Source: an uncultured delta proteobacterium
GTDB lineage: Bacteria > Myxococcota > Myxococcia > SLRQ01
DNA: 33,202 nucleotides
Direction of reading: 5' to 3'
Assembly: GCA_963727485.1 (NCBI GenBank)
Contig: CAVSGM010000007.1
Coordinates: 1-33,202 of the forward strand
Shown: in pieces, positions 8,575-18,158 of the stretch
How positions within the stretch are numbered: the first letter of the stretch is position 1
Layout: the number at the start of each line of letters is the position of its first letter
Made by a program: the position numbers and the translations under genes
Notes under the pieces: model-generated
Told to the model about the DNA's origin: nothing
The model's input: the letters and a program-made list of their open reading frames with translations, nothing else
Database searches by the model: none

Positions 8575-9026
8575 CCACGGATACGGTCAAGCAGGCGATG
8601 CCTGATCGTCCCGACCCAACGGACGTCAAGATGCGTATCCAGCGGTACGAACAGCGTAGTCACTGCCGCTCACTGTTGTCAATGAGACAGAATGGCCCAG
8701 GTTGGGGTAATTGTCACCGCGTTCTGATCCCGATATGGGAATATGGCGAACACTCGTCGCACGCTGAAGTGGTATGGGAAAGGCTATGCCAAGGCCGGAG
8801 GTACCGTGTACCGACGGGAGAGGTTGGCACTCAGCCGAGCCAGAATCGGGACATGGAGGACCGCGATGGCAGGGCGATGCAAGACGCAGGTGAACGGAAA
8901 GGCCGCACGAGGCCGAAAAAGGTGCCAAGCTTTGCCTCGCAGCCCATTGTCTGTTCCCCGAACCTGTTCACCAACCTGCAGCGGATGGTTCAAGCGCAAG
9001 TCGATTGACCGGACCGGAGGTGGCGA

Positions 9027-9452
9027 ATGCTAATGTCTGAGGAAGCCGAGGTGATCGCCAAGGAGATCGACACGAGATTGGGTCGCCACGTATGGAGCGC
9101 TCGGCAGGTTCTCCTCGGCCTCCGCGCGGGGTTCCGTTGCGAGTACTGCGATCTCGACCTGCTGGGCAGCCCAGAGGCGTACAAGCAATGGACGGAGGAT
9201 CACATCGTTCCGAAGTTCAAGTATCTGGACGGTGATCCGAACGAGTTCGCCAACCTCGCGCTGGCCTGTCGGCCCTGCAACATCAACTTCAAGAGTAGGT
9301 GGGATCCCAGCAGGGGCGGCAAGATCCAGGGGCGCGGAGCTCGGATTGCCGAGTGCCGCAGGTACGTGGCGGAGATGCGCGGCAAGGCCATGCAGGAGCT
9401 CCTCGAGTTCAGGTCCATGTTCGAGGTGATCCCGAAGAGAGAGCGCGAGTAG
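9027..9452 (+). CDS. HNH endonuclease (zinc-binding, McrA-like)
   Basis: CEYC...EDHIVP...NLALACRPCN motif; GGAGGTGG RBS. Confidence 0.9.
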   Translation: MLMSEEAEVIAKEIDTRLGRHVWSARQVLLGLRAGFRCEYCDLDLLGSPEAYKQWTEDHIVPKFKYLDGDPNEFANLALACRPCNINFKSRWDPSRGGKIQGRGARIAECRRYVAEMRGKAMQELLEFRSMFEVIPKRERE

Positions 9453-9689
9453 TCGGGGGGGGGAGTCTGTACCACGTGGAGTGCAGCCTCGCCTCGGGTC
9501 TTGTGCCCCTGTGAGCGGAGTGCCCGGCGACGGTCGGTCCCAATGGGCCCGCCAAGTTCCTGCTGTCGTCGTATCGTGCCGGACGCAGACGCCGAGCGGG
9601 GGATTGTGCTGCTGCGCCCAAACTGTGTGGCGAGGGGCTGCGATCCCTCATGGAGACAAAGTGGTATGGCAACCAGAGGAGATGAAGAA

Positions 9690-10346
9690 ATGAAAAAGCA
9701 GCTACTGGAGGCCTGTGAGGGACTCGTTCGCAGCAAGGAATGGCAAGACCAACTGGCTGCGAACGTGTACTGGGCTTCGTGCGAGGGCTTTCTTCAGTCG
9801 ACGCTGCTATGGGCATTCAACAGCTTTCCGGGAACTCACAAGGTGGACGGCGACCGCTATCTGGCAGACCGTGAGCGCTACCTTGTTTGGGGTGAGAGGC
9901 GCATCGCTCCGGACCTGGTGTTCTTCGGGGAGGGTGACGAGAAAAGGTGGTGGGACTATCGCGATGCTCGCGATCGCGAGAACCTTCGGAGTCTTGCTGC
10001 CGGACTGGTAGAGGTGAAGATGGCTTGGCTGCCTGGCTCAGCGACGGGGAGCGCAACACTCGGGTCCAAAGCCGTCTCGATCCAGACCGACGTGGATAAT
10101 CTCCGCTACCTGCTGGAGCACAAGGTCGGAAGGTCCGCCTGGGTCGTCTGGTGTGTGGCTGGCTTTCCTGGGAAGGACCACGGTCGCGCGGTTGAAGAGA
10201 GCGTCGAGTTCCTAAGGTCGCAAGTGAAGGGGGTGCGGCCGGTGAAGCACTGGAGCCTATTTGCGGGCTCTGGTGGTCTGTGGGGGGGCGCCGATCAGGA
10301 TTCTCCGAAGGGAAGCCTGGTGCTTTCGGAAGTGACTGGGGCCTGA
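9690..10346 (+). CDS. PD-(D/E)XK nuclease-fold protein
   Basis: AGAGGAGA RBS before ATG 9690; helix E(GFLQ), then PDLVFF, VEVK and a following I..D...L helix. Confidence 0.7.
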   Translation: MKKQLLEACEGLVRSKEWQDQLAANVYWASCEGFLQSTLLWAFNSFPGTHKVDGDRYLADRERYLVWGERRIAPDLVFFGEGDEKRWWDYRDARDRENLRSLAAGLVEVKMAWLPGSATGSATLGSKAVSIQTDVDNLRYLLEHKVGRSAWVVWCVAGFPGKDHGRAVEESVEFLRSQVKGVRPVKHWSLFAGSGGLWGGADQDSPKGSLVLSEVTGA

Positions 10347-10464
10347 AGACCTGGTCGGCCCGATTGGCGAGTCCTACGGGCGGGGAGTCGGGCTGCTGCC
10401 ATCCTGGCTTGTTCGCAGCGATGAGGTTGTACGTTGGGTGGGTGTCGCTGACGCAGGATCTGGA

Positions 10465-12564
10465 TCAGTGACAGAAGCCGACGGGGGAGGACCGGTTCCG
10501 GAGTCCGGAAGCCTCCCCCCTAGGCGCTGCAGCACCTCCCCAACCCCCACCGTCTCCCCCAGCACCCGCACCCGGCGCGCCACCACCGCCACGTCCCCGG
10601 CGGTCACCCCCTCGAGCCGTCGCATCGCCCGGGTCACCGCCCCGCGCTCCGCCGCCGTCAGCGCCCGCCCCAGCACCTCGCCCACCAGAACCGCGAGCCC
10701 CGCCGCATCCAGCGGCCGCAGCTCCACCTTGAACAGCAACCGGCGCAGCGCCGCCGGGTCGACCTCGTCCCACAGGTTCGTGGTACACGCGACCACGCCG
10801 CTATTCGCCTCGAGCTGCTGCAGCACCTCGTCCACGAACGAGAGCTCCCAAGTGTGCGTCGCGCCGCGGCGGTCGCGCAGGAGCGCGTCGACCTCGTCGA
10901 GGAGCAGCACCGCCCCGGTGGACTCGGCCTCGTGGAACGCCGCGGCGATGGCCTGCTCGGTCTCCCCCACGAAGCTCCCCAGCAGGTCCGAGCCCCGCCG
11001 CGCCACCACCGGCCGGCCCATGCGCCACGCCAGGTAGCGGACGTAGGCGCTCTTGCCCGTCCCCGTTGGGCCGTAGAGGCACAGCGACACGCCCCCGGTC
11101 TCCGGGGTCCAGTCCGCGAGGTGGTTCGCGAGGGACGCCAGGTCCTCGGAGGCGCGCACTACCTCCAGCTTGTGGGCCGCGGGGTCGAAGGTCACCGGGG
11201 CGCGCGCCGGCTTGCCGGTCACCAGGGCCACCGAGGGCGCGAGCACCTGCTCCAGGTTCTCGCGCGACACCTCGTCGTGCTCCGAGACCAGCCGCGCCGC
11301 CGACACCGCCGAGGCAAGCTGTGCTGGGGCCGCGTCGTAGCGGGTCGCAATGGCCTCGACGTCCAGCTCGGTCAGCCCACCGCGCCCCTCGCCGAGGTGC
11401 CGGCGAAGCACCCCCTGCCGCTCCCGGGCGCCCAGCGACGGAAAGCGGATCACGAACCCGAAGCGCCGGAGGAACGCCGGGTCCACGCCGTCGGCGTCGT
11501 TGGAGATCCAGATGGTGGGCACCGGGTTGCCCTCGAGCACGGCGTTGAACCACTGCTTGGACATCAGCGCCGACGACCCGGGGAAGAGGCTCTGGGCGAA
11601 GACGTCCTCGAACTCGTCGAAGAGGAGCAGCGCCGGCGTCCGCGCGAGCAGCTGGTGGCCGAGCTGGAGCGACGAGAGCCGCTCGCTCGTCGACGGGGTG
11701 GACCCACTGCGGTCGGAGAGGCCGGCGACGTAGAGGGGCACCTCGAGGCGCCGGGCCAGGAGGCGCGCCAGCTCGGTCTTGCCGCTGCCGGTGGGACCCA
11801 CCAGGAGCACGTTGACCCCGGACCGCCGGGTCTCGAGGGCCCGTCCCAGCAAGCGCTCGGACAGCGCGACCTCGTCGGCGAGCCGGCCGAAGTCGGCCAC
11901 ATCCAGGGTCGGCGGGGGCGCCGGATCGAGGTAGTGGCGCAGCAGCCGATCGGTGTCGAGCCCGGGCATGCGCACCAGGTCCGAGAGCCCCTCCTTGATC
12001 TCGATGTTCGCGTCTCGCCAGTCGGTCTCGATCCGGCGCGCCAGCCCCCCGGCGACCAGCGGCGCCCTGCCGTGCGTGACGGCCAGCACCTGGGTCAGGG
12101 GCAGTGCCAGCGCGTCGGCGATGGCCTCGGGCCCCTGGGGCTCATGGCTGCGCAACGAGGCGAGAAAGTCCCGAAGGAGCCGGCTGGTGCGCAGGGCCAC
12201 CAGATAGGTGAGCACCTGCCGGTCCACGGTGCCGAGGTCGGCGATTCGCGTAAGGGTCCGGAGGCTGGTGCGCACGGGCTCGTCGGGCTCGGGCACCGGG
12301 ACCGGGTGCGTGATCCGGGTGCGCAGGTGCCGTCGGACCCGCTGCATGGCGTTCGCCGGATCCGGCGCGGCGCGCGTTCCCCCGACGAGGGCCCGGAACA
12401 CGGGCGACTCGTCGAGCAGCTCCGCCTCCATGGCGTCGATGTCGTTGGGCCCCACGACGAGCAGGAGGTTGTGCGCCCAGGCGAGGACGCACGGCCGGAA
12501 CGGGTCGTTCGCGAGGGCCGGGGGCAGGGGGCTGCGCGCCGGGGATTCGGGACCGGGGGCTCAT
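10465..12564 (-). CDS. tandem AAA+ ATPase (two AAA modules, SpoVK/Cdc48-like); frameshifts at ~12535 and ~10515
   Basis: GPTGSGKT/LLLFDEFE/DPAFLRRF and GPTGTGKS/LLLDEVD/TTN/DPAALRRL. The true C-terminus ...SPVGFCH* lies in another frame after a C homopolymer. The coding-like frame continues upstream of 12455 (ALANDPFRPCVLAW). Confidence 0.85.
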
Positions 12565-12571
12565 CCCCCGT

Positions 12572-12593
12572 TCAATACGCCCCCGGTGTGACA
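12572..12593 (-). promoter_or_regulatory. TGTCAC-N10-TATTGA promoter-like motif (would give a leaderless AAA ATPase mRNA)
   Basis: Same hexamer and spacing as 13345-13366; ends 7 nt before ATG 12564. Confidence 0.35.
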
Positions 12594-12713
12594 CTGCGGG
12601 TCAGACTCCGCAAACCCGCGGCGCTGGAACGCCGGGGGGCTGGTGGAGCCACCCGCATCGCCCGGGCCCCGTGCAGTATCCTCAGCTGTGCTGCGGGGAA
12701 GGAGGGTGCTGAG

Positions 12714-13280
12714 GTGGAAGACAGTCGGCCGTGCGTCACCGACGATGACTTGAAGCTGGAGCTGGCACACCGCGTGGTGATGCAGTTCCTCCAGGAATGG
12801 CAGTGGCAGCCGCACCGGTGGTGGCGAGAGATCGATGTCCAGGTGGAGATCGCCAGCCGTCTGCAGCGGGCGCTGGCGCTCGTTGGCCTCGACCGGATGC
12901 CGGCGGTCTTTCCGAAGGTGGGCAAGGGCCAGGCGTCGGTCATCCACTGCGAGCCGGGGATGGTGAGGGAGCCTGAAGCCACCAAGGGCCTGGTGCACCC
13001 GGACATCGTGATGTGGGAGCACATGCCCCCAGGGCAGGACGAGCGGCACGTGACCACCGGGGAGGTGACCGCCCTGTGGGCCTGCGAGATCAAGTACACG
13101 TCCGGGCAGTCGAGCGATGGTGACGTCGAGAAGCTCCGCAAGCTCCAGGAGGGTGACCGCCTGCGCTGTGGGGCCTTCGTGCAGATGGACTTTCAGAAGG
13201 TCCCGATGCCCAACATCAGCAGGAGGCTGGCCCCCGGCGCCGGCGAGATCTGGCACTACGAGGCACATCTGCCGAAGTAG
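12714..13280 (+). CDS. PD-(D/E)XK nuclease-fold protein
   Basis: AAGGAGG RBS before GTG 12714; WREIDVQ helix, HCE, HPDIVMW, CEIKY and GDVEKL. Confidence 0.72.
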   Translation: MEDSRPCVTDDDLKLELAHRVVMQFLQEWQWQPHRWWREIDVQVEIASRLQRALALVGLDRMPAVFPKVGKGQASVIHCEPGMVREPEATKGLVHPDIVMWEHMPPGQDERHVTTGEVTALWACEIKYTSGQSSDGDVEKLRKLQEGDRLRCGAFVQMDFQKVPMPNISRRLAPGAGEIWHYEAHLPK

Positions 13281-13344
13281 GCCCTGGCGTAGTAGGGCAC
13301 CGTGGCGAGGTTCCCTCGAGGGCCCCGAGGGCGTTGACCCCGAC

Positions 13345-13366
13345 TGTCACAGGGCTGCACTAAACT
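13345..13366 (+). promoter_or_regulatory. TGTCAC-N10-TAAACT promoter (RecA-NDp/PafBC-like architecture)
   Basis: Matches the TGTC-N2-N10-TA-N3-T layout, 32 nt upstream of a DNA repair nuclease gene. Confidence 0.5.
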
Positions 13367-13398
13367 GTGCCCCTCGCGCGCGATCCCCGAGACCCGTC

Positions 13399-14694
13399 AT
13401 GCCTCGCCTCCTCTTCGTCGGTGACATCCACCTGGGCCGCCGGCCCACCAGGCTCCCGGACGAGCTCGCCGGCCTGCGCCCCGCGGAACTGGGCCCGGCG
13501 GCGGCGTGGAGCGCCACCGTGGCGCACGCCCTGGCCGAGCGGGTCGACGCGGTGGTCCTCGCCGGCGACGTGGTCGAGTCCCTCGGCGACCGGTTCGAGG
13601 CCTATGGGCACCTCCAGGGCGGCGTCGCGCGACTGACCGAAGCGGGCATTCCGGTCATCGGGGTGGCGGGCGACCACGACGTCCTGGCGCTGCCCCATCT
13701 CGCCGAGCAGGTGCCCGGCTTCCAGCTCCTGGGCGCCGGCGGGATCTGGGCGCACACCGACGTGACGAGCGCCGACGGGGGCGCGGTGCGCCTGCTGGGC
13801 TGGTCGTTCCCCGCGGAGCGGCACCGGCGCGATCCGCTGGATGGGCTCCAGGTGCCCGCCAGCTGAGGGCGTCGCCGTCCTCGGGGTCCTCCACTGTGAT
13901 CTCGACGGGCCGCCGACGAGCCCCTACGCCCCGGTGCGCCGGGCCGACCTCGAGCGCCAGTCGGTCGACGCCTGGCTCCTCGGGCACGTGCATCGCCCGA
14001 GCGATCTGTCGGGCGACCGGCCCCTCGGGTACCTGGGGTCCCTCTCGGCCCTCGACCCCGGCGAGCCCGGTGCCCACGGGCCGTGGAGGGTCGAGGTCGA
14101 GGGTCCCGGGCGCGTCCGGGCGACGCAGGTGCCGCTGGCGCCCATGCGCTACGAGCAGCGCGCGCTCGACGTCTCCGAGGTCGGCGCCGATGGCGCCCTG
14201 GCCCCCGAGGCCGCCCTGGAGCGTGCGGTCCTCGCCACGCTCGCCGAGGTCGCCGCCGAGTGCGACGCCGAGGACGCGCAGGCGAAGCTCGTCGCCTGCC
14301 GCCTCACGCTCAAGGGGCGAACGGCGCACCACGCCGAGTTCGCCCGAGCCGTCGACGAGGGCCTCGCGGCGCTCTCCCAGAGCCACGGCGCCCGGCGGGT
14401 CTACGTGGAGAAGATCGTCGACGAGGCGGCGGCGGCCCTCGACCTCGAGGCCCTCGCCCGGGGATCGAGCCCCCCGAGCTCCTCGCCAGGCGCCTGGTCG
14501 CCCTGGAGGCCGGGGGCGACGCCGCGGCCGACCTCTTGCGCCAGGCCCGCGAGCGCCTCCAGGCCACCGCCTCCCAGCCCGCCTTCGCCGACCTCGACGC
14601 CACGCCCCTCGACGACGACGCCCTCCGCCGCCACCTCCTCCGCGCCGGGCGCGAGGCCCTCGAGCGCCTCCTCGCCCAGAAGGAGGACCGGTGA
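13399..14694 (+). CDS. yhaO: Mre11/SbcD-like metallophosphoesterase DNA repair exonuclease (YhaO type); frameshifts at ~13860 and ~14478
   Basis: GDIHLG, AGDVVE, GDHD, LH, LGHVH and YLGS...E.GAHG motifs; GTGA overlap with the SMC-like gene. Confidence 0.85.
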
Positions 14695-17600
14695 AGCTCA
14701 AGGGCCTCGCCGTGCGCCGGCTCCACGACCTCGGGGCCTTCGAGGTCGACGACCTCGCCCCGGGGCTGAACCTCCTGGTCGGGCCCAATGGCTCGGGGAA
14801 GACCTCGGTGATGAACGCCGCGCGCGCGGTGCTCTGGGGCACCCCCAAGCTGCCCCACGCCGACCTGGTCACCGTGTGGGACGACGGGCGGGAAACCTGG
14901 CGCGCCGTCCTCGTCGGCGGGGCGGCCGGGTGGCAGCGTGGGGGCGCCGACGTGCCGCCGCCCGAGGTGCCCGACGCCGCCCTCGCGGCGAGCTGGGTGG
15001 TGGGCCTGCGCGAGCTGCTCACCGGCGGCGACACCGAGGACGCCCTCCTCGACCGGGTGCGGCGGCAGATGGCCGGGGGCTACAATCTCGCGGGGCTCCT
15101 GGACGAGTACGCGGGCAAGCGCTGGCCCGGGCGGGCGGAGCAGAAGACGCTCCGGGAGAAGCGCGACGCCCTGCGGGCCATCGAGGGCCGGCGGGCGGAG
15201 CTGGCCCGGAGCGAGGACGGGCTGGCGGACCTGCGCGAGCAGCGCCTCGAGGCCCTCGCGGCGAGGGACGAGGCAGAGCGCCTGGGGCAGGCCCTGGAGC
15301 GCGCGCGGGTGGCCGCCGAGCTCGCCGCCGCCGAGCAGCGCCTCACCGACTTCGAGGCCGGGGTGTCGGTGGCCACCGCCGACGCCCGGGATCGCCTCCG
15401 AGAGTGGGACGAGGCCCTCGCCGAGGCCCGGCGCGCCGCCGACGCCGCCCGCCACGATCTCGACCGGGCCGCCGAGGCCGCCGGCGCCGCGGGGATCGAC
15501 GAGCCGGTGGAGAGCGGAGACCTCGCCGCCGCCCGGGAGCACGCCCGGGAGGTGGGCGAGCGCGCCCGGGACGCCGCCGAGGCCCGGCGCGCCGCCGACG
15601 CCGCCCGTGCGGAGGCCCAAGCCGCGCGGCGGGCGCTGGCGCCCGACCTGGCGCCGGACGCCGACGGGCCCGCTCCCGAGCTGGACGCGGTGCAGGCCTG
15701 GGCCGAGGAGGTCCTCCGGGCCCGGGCGGCGGTGGACGAGGTGGAGGCCCGCCTCGCAATCGTGGTCTCGGAGCTCGAGGGGCTCGGCCCCGTCCCCGAC
15801 GCCGCCGAGGCCGATGCCCTCGGGCGCGCCGCGGCGCTCCTCGAGGGGGCGTCGGCGGCTGGCGCCGGCGCGCGATGGCCCGGGTGGCTGCTGGGGCTCG
15901 GTGGCGCCCTCATGGTGGCCGGCGTGGTGCTGGCGGTGCTCGCGACCCCCTGGCTCCTGGCCCTCGCGGGTCTCGGCGCCGGGCTGCTCCTCGGGCCCCT
16001 CCTCGGCGGGCGTGGCGGCGGCGGCGTGGCGGCGGCGCAGGCGGCGTGGCCCGCGGGCGTCGAGCGGCCGGCCGCCTGGGATCCCGAGAGCGTGGACGCG
16101 GCCCGTCGCCGGGTACGGGCGCGGCGGGACGCGGCCGACCAGGCCCGCCTCCTCGAGGACGCCCGCCGGCGCCTCGCCCAGGCGCGTGACCGGCACCAGG
16201 CCGAGCTCGAGGCCCTCGCCGCCCGACGCGACGACCTCCTCGCGGGCGTCGCCCTCGACCCGCTTCCAGGCGACCTGCGCCTCGCCAATCTCCTCCGGCG
16301 TCTCTCCGACTGGCGCGCCGCGGCCGGGGTGGCGGCGGCGCGGGAGGCCGAGGCCGCCGACGCTGGCGCCCACCTCGATCGGGCCACCTCGGACCTGCGT
16401 GCCGCCCTCGACCGCCTCGGCGCCGGTGACGTCCCGGTCGGCGAGGCGCTGGCCCGGCTCGACGTCCTCGACGACCAGAGCCAGGCCCTCCGCGCCGCCC
16501 GCCGGGACCAGGCCGACGCCCGCCGGCGCCTCGACGAGCAGGCGGACCGCGTCACCCACCTGGAAGAACGGATCCAGGACCTCCTCCACGCCGCCGGCCT
16601 CGGCGACCTGGGCGCCGACGCCGCCCGGGCGCGCTTCGACGAGCTCGCACAGCAGCGCCCGGCGTGGGAGGCCGCGCACGAGGAGGCCCGGCGCCTCGCC
16701 CACCGGGCCGGCGAGCTCGAGGCCGCCCTCGCCGATCACCCCGGGCTCCTCGAGCTCGACCGCCCGGCCCTCGAGGCCCGACGGGCCGATGCCGAGGCCA
16801 GTGCCGGGCGCCTCGAGCCGCTGGTCGCCGAGATCTCGCGCACCGAGGCGGCCCTCGAGGACGAGCGGGCTTCCCAGGCCTACGAAGAGGCCCTCGCCGA
16901 GGTCACCGCCGCCGAGCAGCAGCTCGCCGACGTCCGCGAGCAGGCCCTCCACGACGCCGCCGCGCGCCTGCTCCTCGAGGACGTCCAGGCCACCCACGCC
17001 GAGCAGCAGCTCCCGGCGGTGTTCCAGCGGGCGCGGGCGCTGTTCACCCGCTTCACCCGGGGGCGCTACGACCTCACCCTCGACGGGGTGGGGACCGGTC
17101 GCCTGGCCCTGCGCGCGGTGGACACCGCAGCCCCCGGGGGCGCCGGGCTGGCGCTCGAGGCCCTCTCCGACGGCACCCGGATGCAGCTGCTCCTGGCCAC
17201 CCGGGTGGCCTTCGCCACCGGCGAGGAGCAGGGCCGGCCCCTGCCGCTCTTCCTCGACGAGTCCCTCACCGCCACCGACCCGGTGCGCTTCGGGGCGGTG
17301 GCCGACGCGGTCCTGGCGCTGGCCGAGGACGGCCGGCAGGTCTTCTACCTCACCTCGGATCCCGCCGACGTGGCGCGGTGGCAGCAGGCGTGCGCGCGGC
17401 GGGGCGTCGCGGCGCCGCGGGTGGTGGACCTTGCCCAGGCGCGCCAGGTCGAAGGGGCCCTCGATCCCGAGGACCTCGTCCTGCCCCCGGCGCCCGAGGT
17501 CCCGGCCCCGGACGGCCTCGACGCCGCCGAGTACGGCCGCCGGCTGGGCGTGCCGCAGTTCGACCCCTTCGAGGGCGGGGACTCGGTGCACCTCTACTTC

Positions 17601-18149
17601 CTCCTCCAGGACGACCTGCCGCTCCTGCGGCGCCTGCTCCAGGAGGCGCAGGTCAACCGCCTCGGACCCCTGCGCCGGGTGCTCGCCCTCGACGGCACCG
17701 GGCTCCTCGCCGACGACGAGCGGGCGCGGGTCGAGGCCCTCGGGCGGGTGGCCCGGGCCTTCGCCGACGCCTGGCAGGTGGGGCGGGGGAGGCCGGTGGA
17801 TCAGGCGGCCCTCGAGGCCAGCGGGGCGGTGAGCGACGCCTTCATCGACCGGGTCACCGAGGTGGCCGAAGAGCTCGGTGGGCGCGCCGCCGACCTCGTC
17901 GCCGCCTTCGAGGCCCCCGGCAGCGAGCGCGACGAGCGTCTCAAGGGCTTCCGCACCAGCGCCCTGGAGAAGCTGGAGGCCTACCTCCGCGAGGCGGGCT
18001 ACCTCGACCCCAGCCCCCGCCTCACCGAGGCCGAGATCCTCGCCCGCTGTCGCGACGCCGTCGCCGAGGCCCTCGACGGTGGCGTCCTCGACACGGCGGA
18101 CGTCGCCCGGACCGTCCGCGCCCTGGAGGCGGCGACCGGGGCGCGGTGA
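14691..18149 (+). CDS. yhaN: SMC/SbcC-like coiled-coil ATPase with central transmembrane hairpin (YhaN/AAA_27 type), 1152 aa
   Basis: AGGAGG RBS before GTG. Walker A GPNGSGKTS, long Ala/Arg/Glu coiled coils, a hydrophobic hairpin mid-protein, signature LSDGTR, Walker B LFLDES, and a C-terminal extension. Confidence 0.85.
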   Translation: MKLKGLAVRRLHDLGAFEVDDLAPGLNLLVGPNGSGKTSVMNAARAVLWGTPKLPHADLVTVWDDGRETWRAVLVGGAAGWQRGGADVPPPEVPDAALAASWVVGLRELLTGGDTEDALLDRVRRQMAGGYNLAGLLDEYAGKRWPGRAEQKTLREKRDALRAIEGRRAELARSEDGLADLREQRLEALAARDEAERLGQALERARVAAELAAAEQRLTDFEAGVSVATADARDRLREWDEALAEARRAADAARHDLDRAAEAAGAAGIDEPVESGDLAAAREHAREVGERARDAAEARRAADAARAEAQAARRALAPDLAPDADGPAPELDAVQAWAEEVLRARAAVDEVEARLAIVVSELEGLGPVPDAAEADALGRAAALLEGASAAGAGARWPGWLLGLGGALMVAGVVLAVLATPWLLALAGLGAGLLLGPLLGGRGGGGVAAAQAAWPAGVERPAAWDPESVDAARRRVRARRDAADQARLLEDARRRLAQARDRHQAELEALAARRDDLLAGVALDPLPGDLRLANLLRRLSDWRAAAGVAAAREAEAADAGAHLDRATSDLRAALDRLGAGDVPVGEALARLDVLDDQSQALRAARRDQADARRRLDEQADRVTHLEERIQDLLHAAGLGDLGADAARARFDELAQQRPAWEAAHEEARRLAHRAGELEAALADHPGLLELDRPALEARRADAEASAGRLEPLVAEISRTEAALEDERASQAYEEALAEVTAAEQQLADVREQALHDAAARLLLEDVQATHAEQQLPAVFQRARALFTRFTRGRYDLTLDGVGTGRLALRAVDTAAPGGAGLALEALSDGTRMQLLLATRVAFATGEEQGRPLPLFLDESLTATDPVRFGAVADAVLALAEDGRQVFYLTSDPADVARWQQACARRGVAAPRVVDLAQARQVEGALDPEDLVLPPAPEVPAPDGLDAAEYGRRLGVPQFDPFEGGDSVHLYFLLQDDLPLLRRLLQEAQVNRLGPLRRVLALDGTGLLADDERARVEALGRVARAFADAWQVGRGRPVDQAALEASGAVSDAFIDRVTEVAEELGGRAADLVAAFEAPGSERDERLKGFRTSALEKLEAYLREAGYLDPSPRLTEAEILARCRDAVAEALDGGVLDTADVARTVRALEAATGAR

Positions 18150-18158
18150 CGGCTGGCG

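Noticed and set aside
8088..9008. 306-aa plus-strand ORF, including a possible start at 8598
   Set aside because: The first half is antisense to the peptide gene; the remainder lacks GC3 bias, an RBS and any recognisable motif.
9027..9452. HNH gene as IscB/Cas9-like with an upstream guide RNA
   Set aside because: Only 141 aa, with no PLMP or RuvC motifs, and no repeat array or transposon ends seen.
9453..10464. Integron cassettes (attC) around the AT-richer nuclease genes
   Set aside because: No RYYYAAC...GTTRRRY paired sites after the stops and no integrase in the window.
10854..12713. N-terminal 620 codons of the 808-aa plus-strand ORF
   Set aside because: Mostly antisense to the AAA ATPase; the real gene starts at GTG 12714 behind an AAGGAGG RBS.
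14691..18149. SMC-like gene as Wadjet JetC or Lamassu LmuB
   Set aside because: Its partner is an SbcD-like phosphoesterase and it has a central TM hairpin, fitting YhaO/YhaN; no JetABD or LmuA/C neighbours.
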